A stretch of DNA of 64,000 bases from Gracilinanus agilis (taxonomy: Eukaryota). Position numbers and translations under genes: made by a program. Under the pieces are notes generated by a model. That model searched no databases. It had not been told where the DNA came from and saw nothing but the letters and a program-made list of their open reading frames with translations. The stretch spans positions 77,073,454 to 77,137,453 of the forward strand of contig NC_058131.1 of NCBI RefSeq assembly GCF_016433145.1. The letters are read 5' to 3'. How positions within the stretch are numbered: the stretch's first letter is position 1; each line of letters opens with the position of its first letter. Below are positions 12,251 through 24,464 of the stretch, piece after piece.

Positions 12251-12879
12251 AAGGATCATCTATAACCAGCCAAGTTCAAGTCTGTCATTTCTCACTGAAA
12301 GCTTGACCTAGGTCCCCAAGTCAACAACTGTATCAAGATTCCATTTGAGGCTTCCCCTCTGGGGAAGGCCAAAAGGCTTACCAACTAGTTTAGATCAATT
12401 AGTTCCATTTATCCTCAACCCTTTTTTCTAACTCAACTTCCCTCAGTCCTTTACCATCTTTAAGTTATTCCAGTTAAAGTTATTTAAAGTAGTTTACCTT
12501 AATATTCAAGATATGTCTACTAGTTTATTACTCCTGCTAGAAGAAGAATCTCACTGAGTGGCTTGTCAGTTTAACTGGTACTCTGATAGAGTCAGTTTTC
12601 ATAGGCAGATATCAACTCCTGCCCGTGACGAATCTCAAAGCTTCCAAAACCATCTACACAATTACAGTCAATTGTACTAAGAAGGTACTGAGTTATTTAA
12701 TATCAAGGATTTAGTTAGCTGATCCTGTCAGTTGAGAATCTAAGTGCCCACCTTACTGGCCTGTTGTAAAGAGGGACGCTGTCCAGCTGCTAATTTGCCA
12801 GAATAGCCTGTGCATATTTCCCCATCCTTACACTACTAAATGTGTTCTTTCTTGTGAAAAAGAACCCAAGGTTTTATTG

Positions 12880-13300
12880 TACTATACATTCAATATGAGT
12901 CAATAGTGTGATATAAAAGCCCCCAAAACTAATGATAGCTTAGGATGAATTAAAGGGGAAGGAGGTGCACTGCAAGAGATTGAATAGTTGTAGTTTACCT
13001 CTGACTCAGTCAGACCATTTCTGGAATATTGCTTTCTACTTTGGACACCATATTTAATAAATAAAAAAGATACATGTTGAGGCATTGCAAAGAGGTTGAA
13101 TAAGAATAGTGAGATGAGAGTTGAAGGAATTATGTGGAATTGGGTGTTGAAGAGAAGAGATAGAAGGATAAGAAGGGCATCATCATGGTCTTCAGGAATT
13201 GGAAGGCACAAAGGGATTAGACCTGATATTCTTGGACCCTACAAAACAACAGGGAGAAGTTTTAAAGAAGCCAATTAAGATTTGACATCAGATTGAAGGT
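12880..13300 (+). mobile_element. CR1/L3 LINE 3' fragment (identical copy at +20645)
   Basis: aatatgagtcaatagtgtgat...gtcagaccatttctggaatattg...ggacaccatattt resembles the CR1 RT end. Confidence 0.55.
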
Positions 13301-13687
13301 GGGAATGTTGTTAAGAGGATATTTGGTCAAGTATAGTTTAGGTTATAAGTACTCAGATGTCTTTTCTAGTTCTTAGATTCTGTGGGTCAGTGAAGAAGGC
13401 TCTAATTCTAATTTTTGACTTAGTTTGGGATGTTTGTTATGTCATCTCAAGTAACTCTTCTAGTGTCATGCCCTCTTGTAAGTTTGATCATCGTGGCATT
13501 TGTGACAATTCAAGTCACTGTTAAAAACGTTGAGTAGCACAGAGCTAAAGACAAAGCCCTGGGGCATTTCCTTAGAGACTTGTCTTCAGGTTTTCTTTAA
13601 CTCATTAAAAATGAATACTTTTCTAAGCAGACCAAGGCTAAAGTTGAAAAGAAGAGTCTGAGAGGATCAGGATAGAGAACCAATGGG

Positions 13688-14635
13688 TCAACATATCTGA
13701 GAGGCAAATATCTTGCCTCTGAAGAGACTCCTCAGGGCCACCTTCATGTCTTGATTTCTCAGGCTATAAATGAAAGGGTTTAGCATTGGAGTTACTACTG
13801 TGTATACCATGGAGGTCACAATGTCTTTGGTGGGGAAAGTAGATGAAGGGCAGAGATACACACTGAAGAGCGTACCATAAAACGTACAGACCACAGAGAG
13901 GTGAGAGCTACAAGTAGAGAAAGCTTTGCTCCTGCCACCCCCTGAGGATGGCATTCTGAGAATGGTGTAGACAATGCAGATATAAGAGACCAGAGTGCAT
14001 AGGAAAGGAACTGTCATAATTGGACCACCTACAACAAAAACCATTAACTCATTAATATGAGTGTCAGAGCAAGATACTTTCAACAGGGGACTGATGTCAC
14101 AAAAAAAGTGGGATATTTCCCCAAGCACACAGAAGGACAATTTTGCCATGAGTAAAGTGTGCAAGAGAGCATGGAGATTAGTGATCACCCAGCACACGCT
14201 CACCAGAACGACACACACCCGTGGGCTCATGGCCGTGCCATAATGGAGTGGGTGACAGATGGCCATGTAGCGATCATATGCCATCACCGCAAGCAGGAAA
14301 CTGTCCATATCCCCAAAGGAAAGAAAGAAATAGAGTTGTGTCAGGCACCCTGTGTAGGAGATGGTGTGATGCTGTGTATAAAGGTTGAATAACATCTTCA
14401 AGACTGTGCTGGAAGATAGACCAATGTCAGCAAAGGAGAGACTGGCCAGGAAGAAATACATGGGGGTGTGCAGGCGGGCTTCGGAGACAATGGCCAGGAA
14501 GATGAGTATATTCCCTGCCATGGTGACCAGGTACATGGACAGAAACAATCCAAAGAAGAGATGTTGGTGTTCTGGCCACTGGGAGAGCCCCCGGAGAAGA
14601 AACTCGGAGACGCTGGTCTGGTTTCCATGTCCCAT
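13688..14635 (-). CDS. Olfactory receptor, family 1, OR1N-like, intact 315 aa
   Basis: MGHGNQT sequon; LHTPMYFFL, MAYDRYMAICHPLHY, KAFSTCSSHL and PMLNPFIYSLRN motifs. GLSQWPEHQHLFFGLFLSMYLVTMAGN resembles recalled OR1N N-termini. Confidence 0.95.
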   Translation of the reverse strand: MGHGNQTSVSEFLLRGLSQWPEHQHLFFGLFLSMYLVTMAGNILIFLAIVSEARLHTPMYFFLASLSFADIGLSSSTVLKMLFNLYTQHHTISYTGCLTQLYFFLSFGDMDSFLLAVMAYDRYMAICHPLHYGTAMSPRVCVVLVSVCWVITNLHALLHTLLMAKLSFCVLGEISHFFCDISPLLKVSCSDTHINELMVFVVGGPIMTVPFLCTLVSYICIVYTILRMPSSGGGRSKAFSTCSSHLSVVCTFYGTLFSVYLCPSSTFPTKDIVTSMVYTVVTPMLNPFIYSLRNQDMKVALRSLFRGKIFASQIC

Positions 14636-15544
14636 GTCACTGACATGTTAAAGCATCACAAAATGAAAGACCTAAAGAAAATAAATGAGCATGCTTTAAA
14701 TATCTCACAGAGTGGAGTGGAGATAACTAGACTCAGAATCAATACACCTGCATGCCTTTCATTCCATCCTCTAAGCTTACTTGGGTTACCTTTCCTCTCT
14801 TCTTTTCATCTTTAATATCTACTCAAATACTATCTATTTTTTCTATACATATACACATAATTCCTTTACCCTTAAAAATGTTTTTGCTGCCACTTTTCTC
14901 AAGCTAATAGTCTATCTTTCTATTCCCCTTCATTGCTAACCTCCTTTTAAAAAAGCAGCATAGACTCAGGATTTACATTCATTTCTCTCTCCCATTCCTT
15001 AATAATATATCTAGTTTCCTCTGTAAGAAATACTATACTGAAGTCTGGATATCAACAGGATTTTCTTAATGGTCTGTTTTTGCATATATACATCTCTAAT
15101 TCTCAGAGGACAAGAGGAGAGAGTATTGTAAGTATATAAATAACTTTACTATGATTTTACAAAAGAAGAGAACAAGGATGCCCCTAAGTTTCATTGCAGT
15201 GGAGTACAAGAATAGGAGGCTTGGTGCAGAACAAAGCTGAGGCTTTTGCTGGAGAGAACAACAAGTTTGGAGTCAGGAAAATCTGAAACACTCTCTCAGT
15301 GATCCTCAGCTAGTCACTTTACCTGTATCTGCCTTATTTTCCTCAATTTTAAAAGGAGGATATTTATAAAAGCTACTTTCTAGAGTTATTGTGATGATTA
15401 AATGTGATCATACTTGCACTTAGCACAGTGTTTAGAATATAGTTATAGTTAATAAATACTTGTTTCCTTTATTTCTGCCTTTTTCTCCCTTAGAGCCCTT
15501 ACTGGCCTTCAGATATGCTTTAATCAGTGATAAAATCTTAACAG

Positions 15545-15750
15545 GAGGGGCAGCCATGTGGTTCAGTGGATAGGATGTTAGGTCTGGAAATGAGAGGCTC
15601 TGCATTGAAATGTGAACTCAAGACACTTCCTAATTTTGTGACTCTAGGCAAATCACTTAACCCTAACTGTCTAGCCCTTACCACATTTCTGTCTTACAAG
15701 TGATACTCAGACAAGATACTAAGACAGAGGTTATGATGATGTTTTTTTAA
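15545..15750 (+). mobile_element. SINE1_Mdo-type SINE (paralogue at ~36210-36415)
   Basis: ggggcagccatgtggttcagtggatagg head; tctagcccttaccacatttctgtc tail. Confidence 0.6.
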
Positions 15751-16201
15751 AAGCTCAGTATGTAGGGAATTGAGGAAAAAATTTAAAAATCAAACTTACA
15801 ATGAGTATACAATTTAGTTATGACTTTTCTGGAGTCTATTTTCTTGGAGAGTTCCCTGGTACACCCTCAGTTTAAACAATTTACTCAGTGTGACACAGCT
15901 AGTATGTGTCAAAGGCATGACTTGAATCCAATACTTCTTAACTATAACACCAGGCTACGATTCACTATGCTCCATATCCCTTTTTAATAATAGTAATAAT
16001 AATAATTAAGAACAAGAAGAACCAACATTTATATAGGCCTTACAAAAGCTCAGGCACTATGCTAAGTACTTTAAAACATGGTTTCAGCTATTTCTTAGAA
16101 CAGCTCTTTAAGGTAGATAGTATTGTTATTGCTATCTGATTTGTTAATTAATAATTAAATTAATAATATGTGTATAATTTTGGAATCCAAACTCATCATA
16201 G

Positions 16202-16204
<3 letters not shown>

Positions 16205-16240
<36 letters not shown>
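16205..16240. repeat. (TG)18 microsatellite; interrupted in copy 2 (~36815-36845)
   Basis: Direct reading. Confidence 0.95.
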
Positions 16241-16244
<4 letters not shown>

Positions 16245-19039
16245 TAATGGGTTTGTGTGTATAATTGAATAGTTTAGAGTTTGCAAAGACAAACAGAATC
16301 AGAGAAGGCAGAGAGCCTGTCTTGGGGTTATCCTATTCTAGAGTTAAGAAACCCTTGTTTTCTTGTCCTGCCTCAGTCACATACTGTCAGTGTGACTTGA
16401 AACATAACCCTTTACCTGACAGTGCCCCAGGTCACAATCTAAGACTATCGACTGTGGAGTACTTGCACATCTGCAATGGTAGGGGATGTCTCTTACCCAG
16501 AGTTCCCTACATGTATAAAATCACAGGTCTTGACAAAAAAAAAAGTTTTGTAAAGCACCTTGTAGTCATTATCTATCTGCCCTGATCTTCATAAAAAACC
16601 AGTGTGGGTAGATACCTTGGGAATTATTTTGCTCATTTTACAAATGAAGAGAATTGAGTGAAATAGATGATTTCCTCTTGTTTGCACAAGTAGTGAATAT
16701 GAGTAGAGGGAAATTGTACCCAAGTCTCCACTGAAGCCAACCCCCCAACTCTTTCCACCAGGCTCAGGTCTACCTCTAAGCCCTTGTTCAGGATAGTTGC
16801 TCTGCTTGTAGTGCTCTCTTCCTTCTCTCTTGGTATCCTCAGCCATCCTTCAAAGTGCAGCTCCCATTCTACCTTTTCCCAGAAGCCTTTCTTAGAAGCC
16901 CCCACTTACCTTCATCTCTGAGTACTGAGCATCTGTTGTTTGTGACACAGTATTGGTGCTTATTTTCTATGGTCTTGATGGTTGGCTGCTAAAGTAATAT
17001 GTGCTGGAGTTGGAGTGAAGGGGAACTGACTTCCCTGGAATACTGTCTTAGACATTCTTCAGACTAGTTCCTTATCTCAAACCCCAGTTGTCTGAATCAA
17101 GAGGAAGTATGGTGGTTGTTCTGCCCAAGATGGGTCAATTAAGAGTTAATGGGAAATCTAACAATGGGGAGATCTCTCTCATTTGGTGACTTTACTCTTT
17201 CCCACAGCTTCACATATCATTCCTAAGTCTCTGTTTCTAGTCCTGACTACTTTCCTGTACTCCTGAAAACTGGGCATCTGAGCTCAAATTTGAACCCAGG
17301 ACCTCTTGCTTGTTTCCAGGCCTGAGACACTATCCCCTGAGCCACCTAGCTGCCCTTCATGTTCAGGTTTTATCATTGATTAAAATGTATTTGATGGCTA
17401 CTAGGGCTTCCCTTCTTCAGAAAGGACACTAGCAATAAAAACAAGGAAGTAAAAGAGGCAAGTATTTATTAAGTATATATTCTAATATATTCTATATTCT
17501 AATATATTATTATGAAGAGATAATAATAATATATATTCAAATATATATGTATATATATATATATTCTAAACACTCCTGACCTCCCTAGATTTTCTAGTCA
17601 CTATGTACAAAAACAAGTTCATAACCAGTTGCTCCAAACCCATATCTTCTTTTGACATTGCTCCTTTTTTCAGTGGCAGCACCATTCACCTTGTCTTCCA
17701 CACTCAATCTTTGGGGCTTTCTTTAACTCTTTCTACTCTGTGTCATCTCATATCTAATCTGGTCAGTAATCCTGCCCATTTCACTTTTAATATCTCTAAC
17801 ACTGGCCTCTCCTTCCCCACTACATGATACAGATTATAGATTGCTTGACTTGGAGTCAGAGAAGACCTGAATTTAAATCTGGCCTGAGTGACCCTGGGGA
17901 AGTCACTTAACCTGTCTTGATATCCTCATTTATGAAATGGAGATAATAATAGTAACTACTTACTAGGATAAAATGACATAATATTTTTTAAATGCTTTGA
18001 AATCTTTTAAGTAATATACAAATGCCAGGAATTATTTTGTTATTACCATTATTATTATAAACTCAATTAATTAATATTAATCATATTAATTAATTTTATT
18101 AATTATTAATAATTAGTTAATAATTAATATAAACTCCATCCCTCTATAGGTTCTGTAATTTAGTCCTCTCATACCTTTGCTCCAGTTGTTTCTTATACCT
18201 GAAGCCCCTTTATCACATTTAACTGTTGAATTCCTTCCCAATCTCTGATTTTCATGGAAATGGAAAATTGTCCCTATTTGTTCAATCAGTAATATGTTGG
18301 ACTTCACATGCAGCTGACTTATATCCTTGTCATGTACTAATTTTTAGAGTATTTGTTTCACAGAGGTAACGTGATCTAGTGGATAAAGAGCTCAGCTTTC
18401 TGTCAGCCTTACATCTGTCACACTGATTGTGTGATTCTGGCAAGTCATTTGGTGTCTCAATGCCCCATCCCAAGCAACCAGGACCCCAAGTGTCAAAGCA
18501 GTTACAAACCTACATTGGTCATGGGAGTCTCTTTGCTGAGAGATTCCTCTGCCAGTTAAATCATAGCTTGAAAACAAATGAAAAACAAAAAATGAAACTC
18601 AAAAAGAAGTGAGGCTGAGAGAAAGATAGATATTTACCATCCATTACCTCCAGCTGTTCTGCTTATTTCAGATGCTGAGAAATTGTCACTGAGTGGACAA
18701 TTTCTTCTGGCACCTGTCCTCTGCTCCTGATGATAGGAATTCTAGGACTGGTCAGGGAATATCAGGGACCTTCTTTGCCTTGAAGAGAAGAGAAAATGTG
18801 TTTCACAGACTGTAGGTTTCTAGATTGGACAAGGGAAAGAAAGAAAATTCTTTGTCCTCAGTCTTGTCATTTAGAAGCATAAGTGTGGGGCCATGGAGCC
18901 CCACACAGAACCAGTGTGAATTAAGGATTAGGTAGCTGAGTCCTAAGTACCTTTCCCCAACTCTACCTCCCCTCCCCCTGCTCCCAGAAGATTGAAGCTC
19001 TTGCTTTCTTAACTGGCACTTTGATAGCCTTGGAAAATA

Positions 19040-19365
19040 CTCCCCAAAGATTCATTAGGGAAGATGCATAATTGTCTGACCATCTATGTCCCCCTCTCAC
19101 TCGCTAGATCTTTCCCTCCTGGAGCAGAGGGGAGGGTCCCCAGGATAGAACTCTGCATTGAGAGATCTAATGAAGTGTCCATGCTCCAGATGCCTCAGAG
19201 CAATTAGTTTGGGGTTCTTTTTTGTTATCTCCACAATATTTTAACACTTGAAGTAGGAGATAGTAGAAAGCAGTGTTCTCATTGTTAGACCCCTTGGGCT
19301 CTGAATAAAATCTATCTCCTGAACAGGAACCCAGTTTCCATTCCTGTTCTTGTCCAGGGGAATTT
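19040..19365 (-). promoter_or_regulatory. Candidate OR promoter with homeodomain and O/E(EBF)-like sites, ~4.5 kb upstream of the OR1N-like CDS
   Basis: TAATGA (minus 19057-19052; plus 19168-19173), TAATTG 19069-19074, TCCCCAGGA 19137-19145 and TCCAGGGGAA 19353-19362. The region is better conserved between the copies than most flanks. Confidence 0.35.
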
Positions 19366-19413
19366 TTAGCTTATTGCTTCCCTCTGTCCATCCCAGACCC
19401 TGTTTCACCATAT

Positions 19414-19576
19414 CCTAGAGATGGGAGGTCCTAGGTTCAAATCTGACCTCAGACACTTCCCAGCTGTGTGACCCTGGGCAAGTCACTTGACCCCCATTGC
19501 CTACCCTTACCACTCTTCTGCCTTGAAGTCAATACACAGTATTGACTCCAAGACATAAGGTGAGGGTTAAAAAAAA
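19414..19576 (+). mobile_element. 5'-truncated young SINE1_Mdo-type SINE, present only in copy 1
   Basis: Starts mid-element at cctagagatgggaggtcc; poly-A end; absent at 39887-40005. Confidence 0.85.
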
Positions 19577-20831
19577 TTAAATAGCCCCCGCTGTCAACAA
19601 GTTTCCATTCTGTCAAGGGAGACAAGTTCTATACCAATAGGTAAAAAAAAATAGTCAGACTAAGTTCCAGGTCAGGGTAAGGCATGGACACTAGCACCTT
19701 CACAGAATATGAAAAACCATATTACAATCATCAAAATTTCATAGGCACAGAATTCTGATTTTTAATCAAAATGTTAATCTTTTTGTTACCTTTAGTTATT
19801 ATATTATCTACTTTCCCAATATATTCTTCCCCCATCAACTATCCTCCCAGAGACACAACACTTCGAACAAGAATTTTAAAAATGGGAAAAAAGAATTGGT
19901 ATAAACGACCACCCACTCAAATTATAAACCTGGAGTCAGAAAGTGAGAGTGGAAGAAACAAAGTAGAACTTTGCCTTCCCTGCCTTCTACTTTCACTTTC
20001 CTATCCCTTTGGGTTGGAAGATGAACAGAGACACTCAGTGATCCCTCCTCTGGGGGCCACTGAAATGACCAGTGGGACATCCTTGCCAGTTGGGGGAGGG
20101 AGTCCAGGGTCTCTTTACTGGTCCAGGATTCCCTTCCAATGCACCAAACTGTGTGGATAAAAATGACCATCCACTCGATTTACAAACCTGGAGTCAGAAA
20201 GTAAGAGTAGAAGAAGCAACCTTTATTCTTTCTCATGAGAAAGGGCAAGCTGCCTCTTGGGGTAAATGCAATGTATGGGTGCAGATAAAAACATGACATA
20301 GGTTCCTAAGTTAGATGAACCCTTCCCTCCTTGTCTGATCCCTTTGTCTGGGAGCCAAGACTTACAATCTACTCCTGAAGTCTACCCCAATAAGAGAACA
20401 GCATGATACAGAGCATGAGCTTATCAAAAGCTCTTACTTGACAGGAGTAAGGTGAAGAGTGACTTCCTTAACTTTCAAAGGTAGGAATAGATAAAGAAGT
20501 AGAACAGCCTGATTATTTTCCTTATTGCTTGAGATATAACAGGACACCCGTTAAGTGAGATTAGGAGTCCCACAACTTCCCATCTCCCAAATTTCACAAG
20601 ATATTCTTGAGGTCTTATTCTATAAGCCTAAGCAGACTTTTCGTTTTTACACATTCAATTCCTGATGGGGGAAGTAGGATGGCCATCTTTCCTGAGAAGA
20701 ACACAATTTCTCTTTTATTTCTCACAATTCAGGCTGTCCTACCTCCTTATCTCTTCATACCTTTGAAAGTTAGGGATTCACTCTTAAATTTAACCCTCCC
20801 AAATAAGGGTTCTTGAAGAGCTCATGCTATG

Positions 20832-20834
<3 letters not shown>

Positions 20835-20866
<32 letters not shown>

Positions 20867-21054
20867 CCCTTATCTTCTGTCTTGGAATAAATACTATGTA
20901 TTGGTTCCAAGGCAGAAGAGTGGTAAGGGCTAGGCAATGGGAGTTAAGTGACTTGCCTAGGGTCACACAGCTAGGAAGTGTCTGAGGCCAAATTTGAACC
21001 CAGGACCTCACTCTGATCCTGACTCTCAATCCACTGAGCCACTTAGCTGCTCCC
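20835..21054 (-). mobile_element. SINE1_Mdo-type SINE with (TA)n tail and TSD
   Basis: TSD ctcatg(c/t)tatgtat at 20821 and ~21054. Confidence 0.85.
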
Positions 21055-21439
21055 TCATGTTATGTATCTTGCTGTTTTCCGATGGGGTAGACTTCAGGCC
21101 TAGCTTGTGAATTCTGGCCCCCAGACAAAGGATTTGGACAAGGGGGGTGGTCCTCAAGTTAGGAACCTGTATAATATTTATATCTGCCCCCAGCCATTGC
21201 ATTTGCCACAATAGGGCACTTGCTTCTTCTACTCTTCCTTTCTGACTTCAGGTTTGTAATTTCAGTGGGTGGTCATTTTTATTTCTCACAGACTCAATCA
21301 GAGAGAGAGGTAGAGAGAGAGAAACAGAGGACAAAAAGAGATAAGGAAGGGAATGAAATGAAAGGAGGGAGAGAGATAATAAAAATAGCATTAAGAACTC
21401 TGGAATTGTGGTGGATAGCAATGGCATAGCATGGGAGGA

Positions 21440-22460
21440 AATCTTTGGAGAAGACCAGAGCTGAAATTATTTTAAGCAATATAAACTTCAGAAACATAGT
21501 TACAGTTTTCAAAAAATTCATATAGCAGAATTTTATGAAGGAAAACTTGAAAATAACAAATATATCATTTTTATGAATGAAACATCTATAAAATGAAAGA
21601 TAAAGTCCAAATTAACTAGAAAACAAAACGGCAATTCCTTTTCTATAAGAAACAATCAAAATGTAAAGACAGGTATATAGTTAAAATAAACCCGGAATAA
21701 AATATATTAAGCTTTCAGTGCTTCCAAAAAAGTAGGAGTTGCACTCATTATTTCAGATAAGTAAATAATTAAAATATGCACTGTCAAAAGAGGTAAGCTA
21801 TATTATAGCTTAAAGACATGAATAATGAAAATTCAAATATTAAATATACATGCTCCAAATGGCATATAAGTATTTAAGCCAACAATTTTACAAGAAAACT
21901 TTGATGTTTATAAAATAATTATAAAAATTATAATATGATGTTTTTAAAGTATAAAATTTAGCACTTATCTTTCAAAACTAGGTAATATTTAATATGATTA
22001 ACAAGGAGAAAATTATAGTTCTGAATAGAATATTGGAAAAACTAGCATGAATATAACTGTAGTAATTGTCAAATGGAAATATTAAGGAATGCATTTATTT
22101 TTATAATCACATTTTACATTTTGTTGAATTTATCATCTTCCACAGTGCAAAAATCACAATTCTAAAAAGGAAAAATATTGAATAAATCCTTTTAGATAAT
22201 AATAATAAAAATAGTAAATAACAAAGGAAATATGAATAAAATACATTCCTAAAGATGAACTAAATAACAGCATCCAAAATAATGAATAGATCAAAGAACA
22301 AATAATAGATGTAATAGTTATATTAAACAAATGATATCAGAGTACATAAATATTCAGGATGTATCCAAAGTCAGCACAAAGAAATGTATATCTTTACAAA
22401 TATATGTTTAAAAAAAGAGGGAAAGATAATACTGGTAGATTATGTATTTCTTAGGTAAGA
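21440..22460 (+). mobile_element. Highly decayed L1 ORF2 endonuclease-region fragments
   Basis: A-rich; aaaagtaggagttgcactcattatttcagataa (KKAGVAILISDK-like) and taaatatacatgctccaaat (NIYAPN-like). Confidence 0.55.
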
Positions 22461-22759
22461 AGATTCTATGGCCTTATATTCCATCTGCCTCAAAGCAATG
22501 ATTTTCACCTCTACCAGCACAAGGCAACTTCTACCTCCTGATGCCAGCCCAGTCTCCCAAATAGGAGGTATAGAACCTTTGGTCCAAAGAGGCACAATCT
22601 TGGTGGAGAATGGAACTTCTTTTTCCTGCTGTGCATGTCAAGCTTCCACTTCTGTTGTGTCCTTTTCTTGTCTATTCTCCAGCCTTCATAGAGAAGAGGA
22701 ATATTGAAACAGGGCCATTCATTTGATCATATGAAAATGTGTCTCCTATCTTATACTGC

Positions 22760-23345
22760 ATTTATCTCCAGTCTGATCTCCAACCTCTTTTGGGAAGAAG
22801 AAGGGCATCTTCTACTTGATGATGAGCATTCTCATACTTGATCATACCCTTCATATCTCAATTATTCTGAACTGCTATAGGTCATCATCCACACTCCATT
22901 CCCCACCCTCCCACCACCTTTTTCCTATTTCCAAACCCCTTAAACTTCCCTCTTCAAAATTTGAACCAAATATTATCCACCTCTTCCACTGTGCCCCCTG
23001 GAACATCTGTTTCATTAGGCAACAAACTTTCTTTCATCTTATATCTTTTACATGCCTTTCATCTATTAACTGTTACTAAAACCTGACTCCTTCCAGATGG
23101 CACAACCCATTTGGCAATCCTTCCTAGTACTGACTGTATCTTCATTCATTCTCTTGGCTCACTGATTGAGATTGGGGAGTTGGAAAACTCCTTCCTCATT
23201 GCCACTTCCGGACTTTTCACCTATCTCCATTACTCAGTAACCTCCTTTACTTGGAGATTCATGCTAGTCACATATAGCAACCAATTAAAATTCTGGAAGC
23301 AGTTGTCTCTGAACCCCAACGTCACTCTCCTTCCTTCCTCAAATA
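22760..23345 (+). mobile_element. L2 LINE fragment (endonuclease region)
   Basis: ctaaaacctgactcc...ggggagttggaaaactccttcctcattgccacttcc...catgctagtcac, resembling marsupial L2. Confidence 0.55.
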
Positions 23346-23712
23346 GTTTGGTACATGGCTTATATTTTTTCTCTTACGAATAGCTGTAATAAAAATACTA
23401 TTTGTACCCTTAATGACTTGATGAAATAAGAAGAAATATTACAAGAAAGAGAAAAGAATGAAAAATGACCCTACAAAATGTGAGATATTTCCAAGCAAAA
23501 ATAAATGACCTAAAAAAGAGATTGAGGAGAAAACAATTTTTTAAATCACTGGACTATCTGAATAGAATCCAGAACATAAAAAGAGTCTTGACATCATATT
23601 TTAAGAAATATAAAGAGAAAACTGTCCAGATCTCTTAGAATCAAGGGACAGAATGAGAATAGAAGAATCCACCAATGACCTCCTGAAAAAAATCACCCAA
23701 ATGAAAATTCTT

Positions 23713-24429
23713 TTTTTTAATTAAATTAATTAATTTAGAATATTTTTCCATGGTTACATGATTCATGTTCTTTCTTTCCCCTCCTCCCAACCCTCTCTCA
23801 TAGCCAGCGTGCAATACCACTGGGTTTTACATGTATCATTGATCAAGACCTATTTCCATATTATTAATATTTGCATTAAGATGATTGTTTAGAATCTACA
23901 TCCCCGGTCATGTCCCCATCTGACAATATGATCAAGCAAAAGTTTTTCTTCTGTGTTTCTACTCCCACAGTTCTTTCTCTGGATGTGGATAGCTTTCTTT
24001 TTCATAAGTCCCTCAGAATTGTTTGGGATCGTTGCACTGCTGCTAGTAGAAAAGTCCATTACATGGGATTGTGCCATAGTTTATCAGTCTCTGTGTATAA
24101 AGTTCTTTTGGTTCTGCTCCTTTCACTCTACATCAATTCCTGGAGGTCATTCCAGTTCACATGAAATTCCTCCAGTTCATTATTCCTTTCAGCACAATAA
24201 TTTCCACCACCAATAGATACCACAATTTGTTCAGCCATTCCCCAACCAAAGGGCATCCCTTCATTTTCCAATTTTTTGCCACTACAAAGAGTTCAGCTAT
24301 AGATACTTTTGAACAGATCTTTTTTTTTGCGTTTCTTTAATTATAAGAGACTTAGAACACTTTTTCATGTGCTTATTGATAGTTTTGATTTCTTTATCAG
24401 AGAATTGCCTATTCATATCTTTTGCCCAT
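23713..24429 (-). mobile_element. 5'-truncated, internally deleted L1 with 16-bp TSD
   Basis: TSD ccaaatgaaaattctt at 23697-23712 and 24430-24445. Confidence 0.9.
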
Positions 24430-24464
24430 CCAAATGAAAATTCTTAAGAATAGTATAACCATTT

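Noticed and set aside
14061-14815. Several short ORFs overlapping the OR CDS (and their copies at +20645)
   Set aside because: Antisense or alternative-frame shadows of a GC-richer coding region
16265-16585. ~106-aa ORF retained in both duplicates (also 36815-37153)
   Set aside because: No ATG start or recognisable domain; contains MIR-like remnants; similarity is explained by the duplication
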